Virus genome (UHGV): UHGV-0210088
Length of the DNA: 41,418 nt
Strand: one strand, 5' to 3'
Origin: a virus
Shown here in pieces: positions 41,405 to 41,418 of the stretch (positions are counted from its first letter, which is position 1; each line of letters opens with the position of its first letter). Below the pieces are notes generated by a model that searched no databases, was not told the DNA's origin, and was given only the letters and a program-made list of their open reading frames with translations. Position numbers and translations under genes: made by a program.

Positions 41405-41418
41405 ATTCAGGAGCTGAA

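Overview
This window reads as a complete, circularly permuted temperate lambdoid siphophage genome of about 41.4 kb. The window end and start join cleanly: AGGAG, 5 nt, then the ATG of the first gene, directly downstream of the tail-tube gene. The layout is enterobacterial in style, around 50% GC with several AT-rich islands. No CRISPR array or rRNA is present. No retron, CBASS-like or toxin-cyclase module is recognisable. The candidates for a new function are cargo-type: the DUF2971 gene (a conserved family of unknown function), the ParB/DGQHR pair, the LexA-box operon, the XRE-ImmA cassette, the Q-lysis cargo gene and the antisense small ORF.

Gene order:
- Tail genes (1-11731, + strand): tail assembly chaperone G with a lambda-type G_GGA_AAG -1 frameshift into T, an AT-rich 2-TM membrane moron, tape measure protein, M-, L- and K(NlpC/P60)-like proteins, an I-J-like tip protein, and a side tail fibre ending in an SGNH/GDSL esterase domain.
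- Recombination-scarred b-region (11.7-15.6 kb): a LamG C-terminal fragment, three diverged copies of a Hin/Gin-family invertase 3' end, a decayed tyrosine-recombinase fragment, an XRE-HTH plus ImmA/IrrE metallopeptidase cassette, and a near-consensus LexA box in front of a two-gene operon ending in a UmuD/S24-like protein.
- Integration module: attP-like arm repeats, a P4-type integrase, an AT-rich DUF2971 cargo gene between int and xis, and an AlpA-type excisionase.
- Leftward early operon: RdgC-like protein, an adjacent ParB-like and DGQHR(DndB-like) pair, Zn-ribbon proteins and a MazG/DUF550-like protein.
- Immunity and replication: cI (HTH plus S24), Cro-like and CII-like proteins with CTAAAT-type operators, an O-like replication initiator with internal 15-bp iterons, Dam methylase, RusA, a DUF968/NinG-like protein and Q.
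- Q-lysis junction: a tR'-like terminator, a phage tRNA-Thr(UGU), AT-rich cargo and an IS481-type transposase gene.
- Lysis and packaging: holins, GH19 endolysin, overlapping spanins, a small antisense ORF in the bor position, HNH endonuclease, a cos-like palindrome, then terminase small and large subunits, portal, protease, major capsid, connectors and tail tube.
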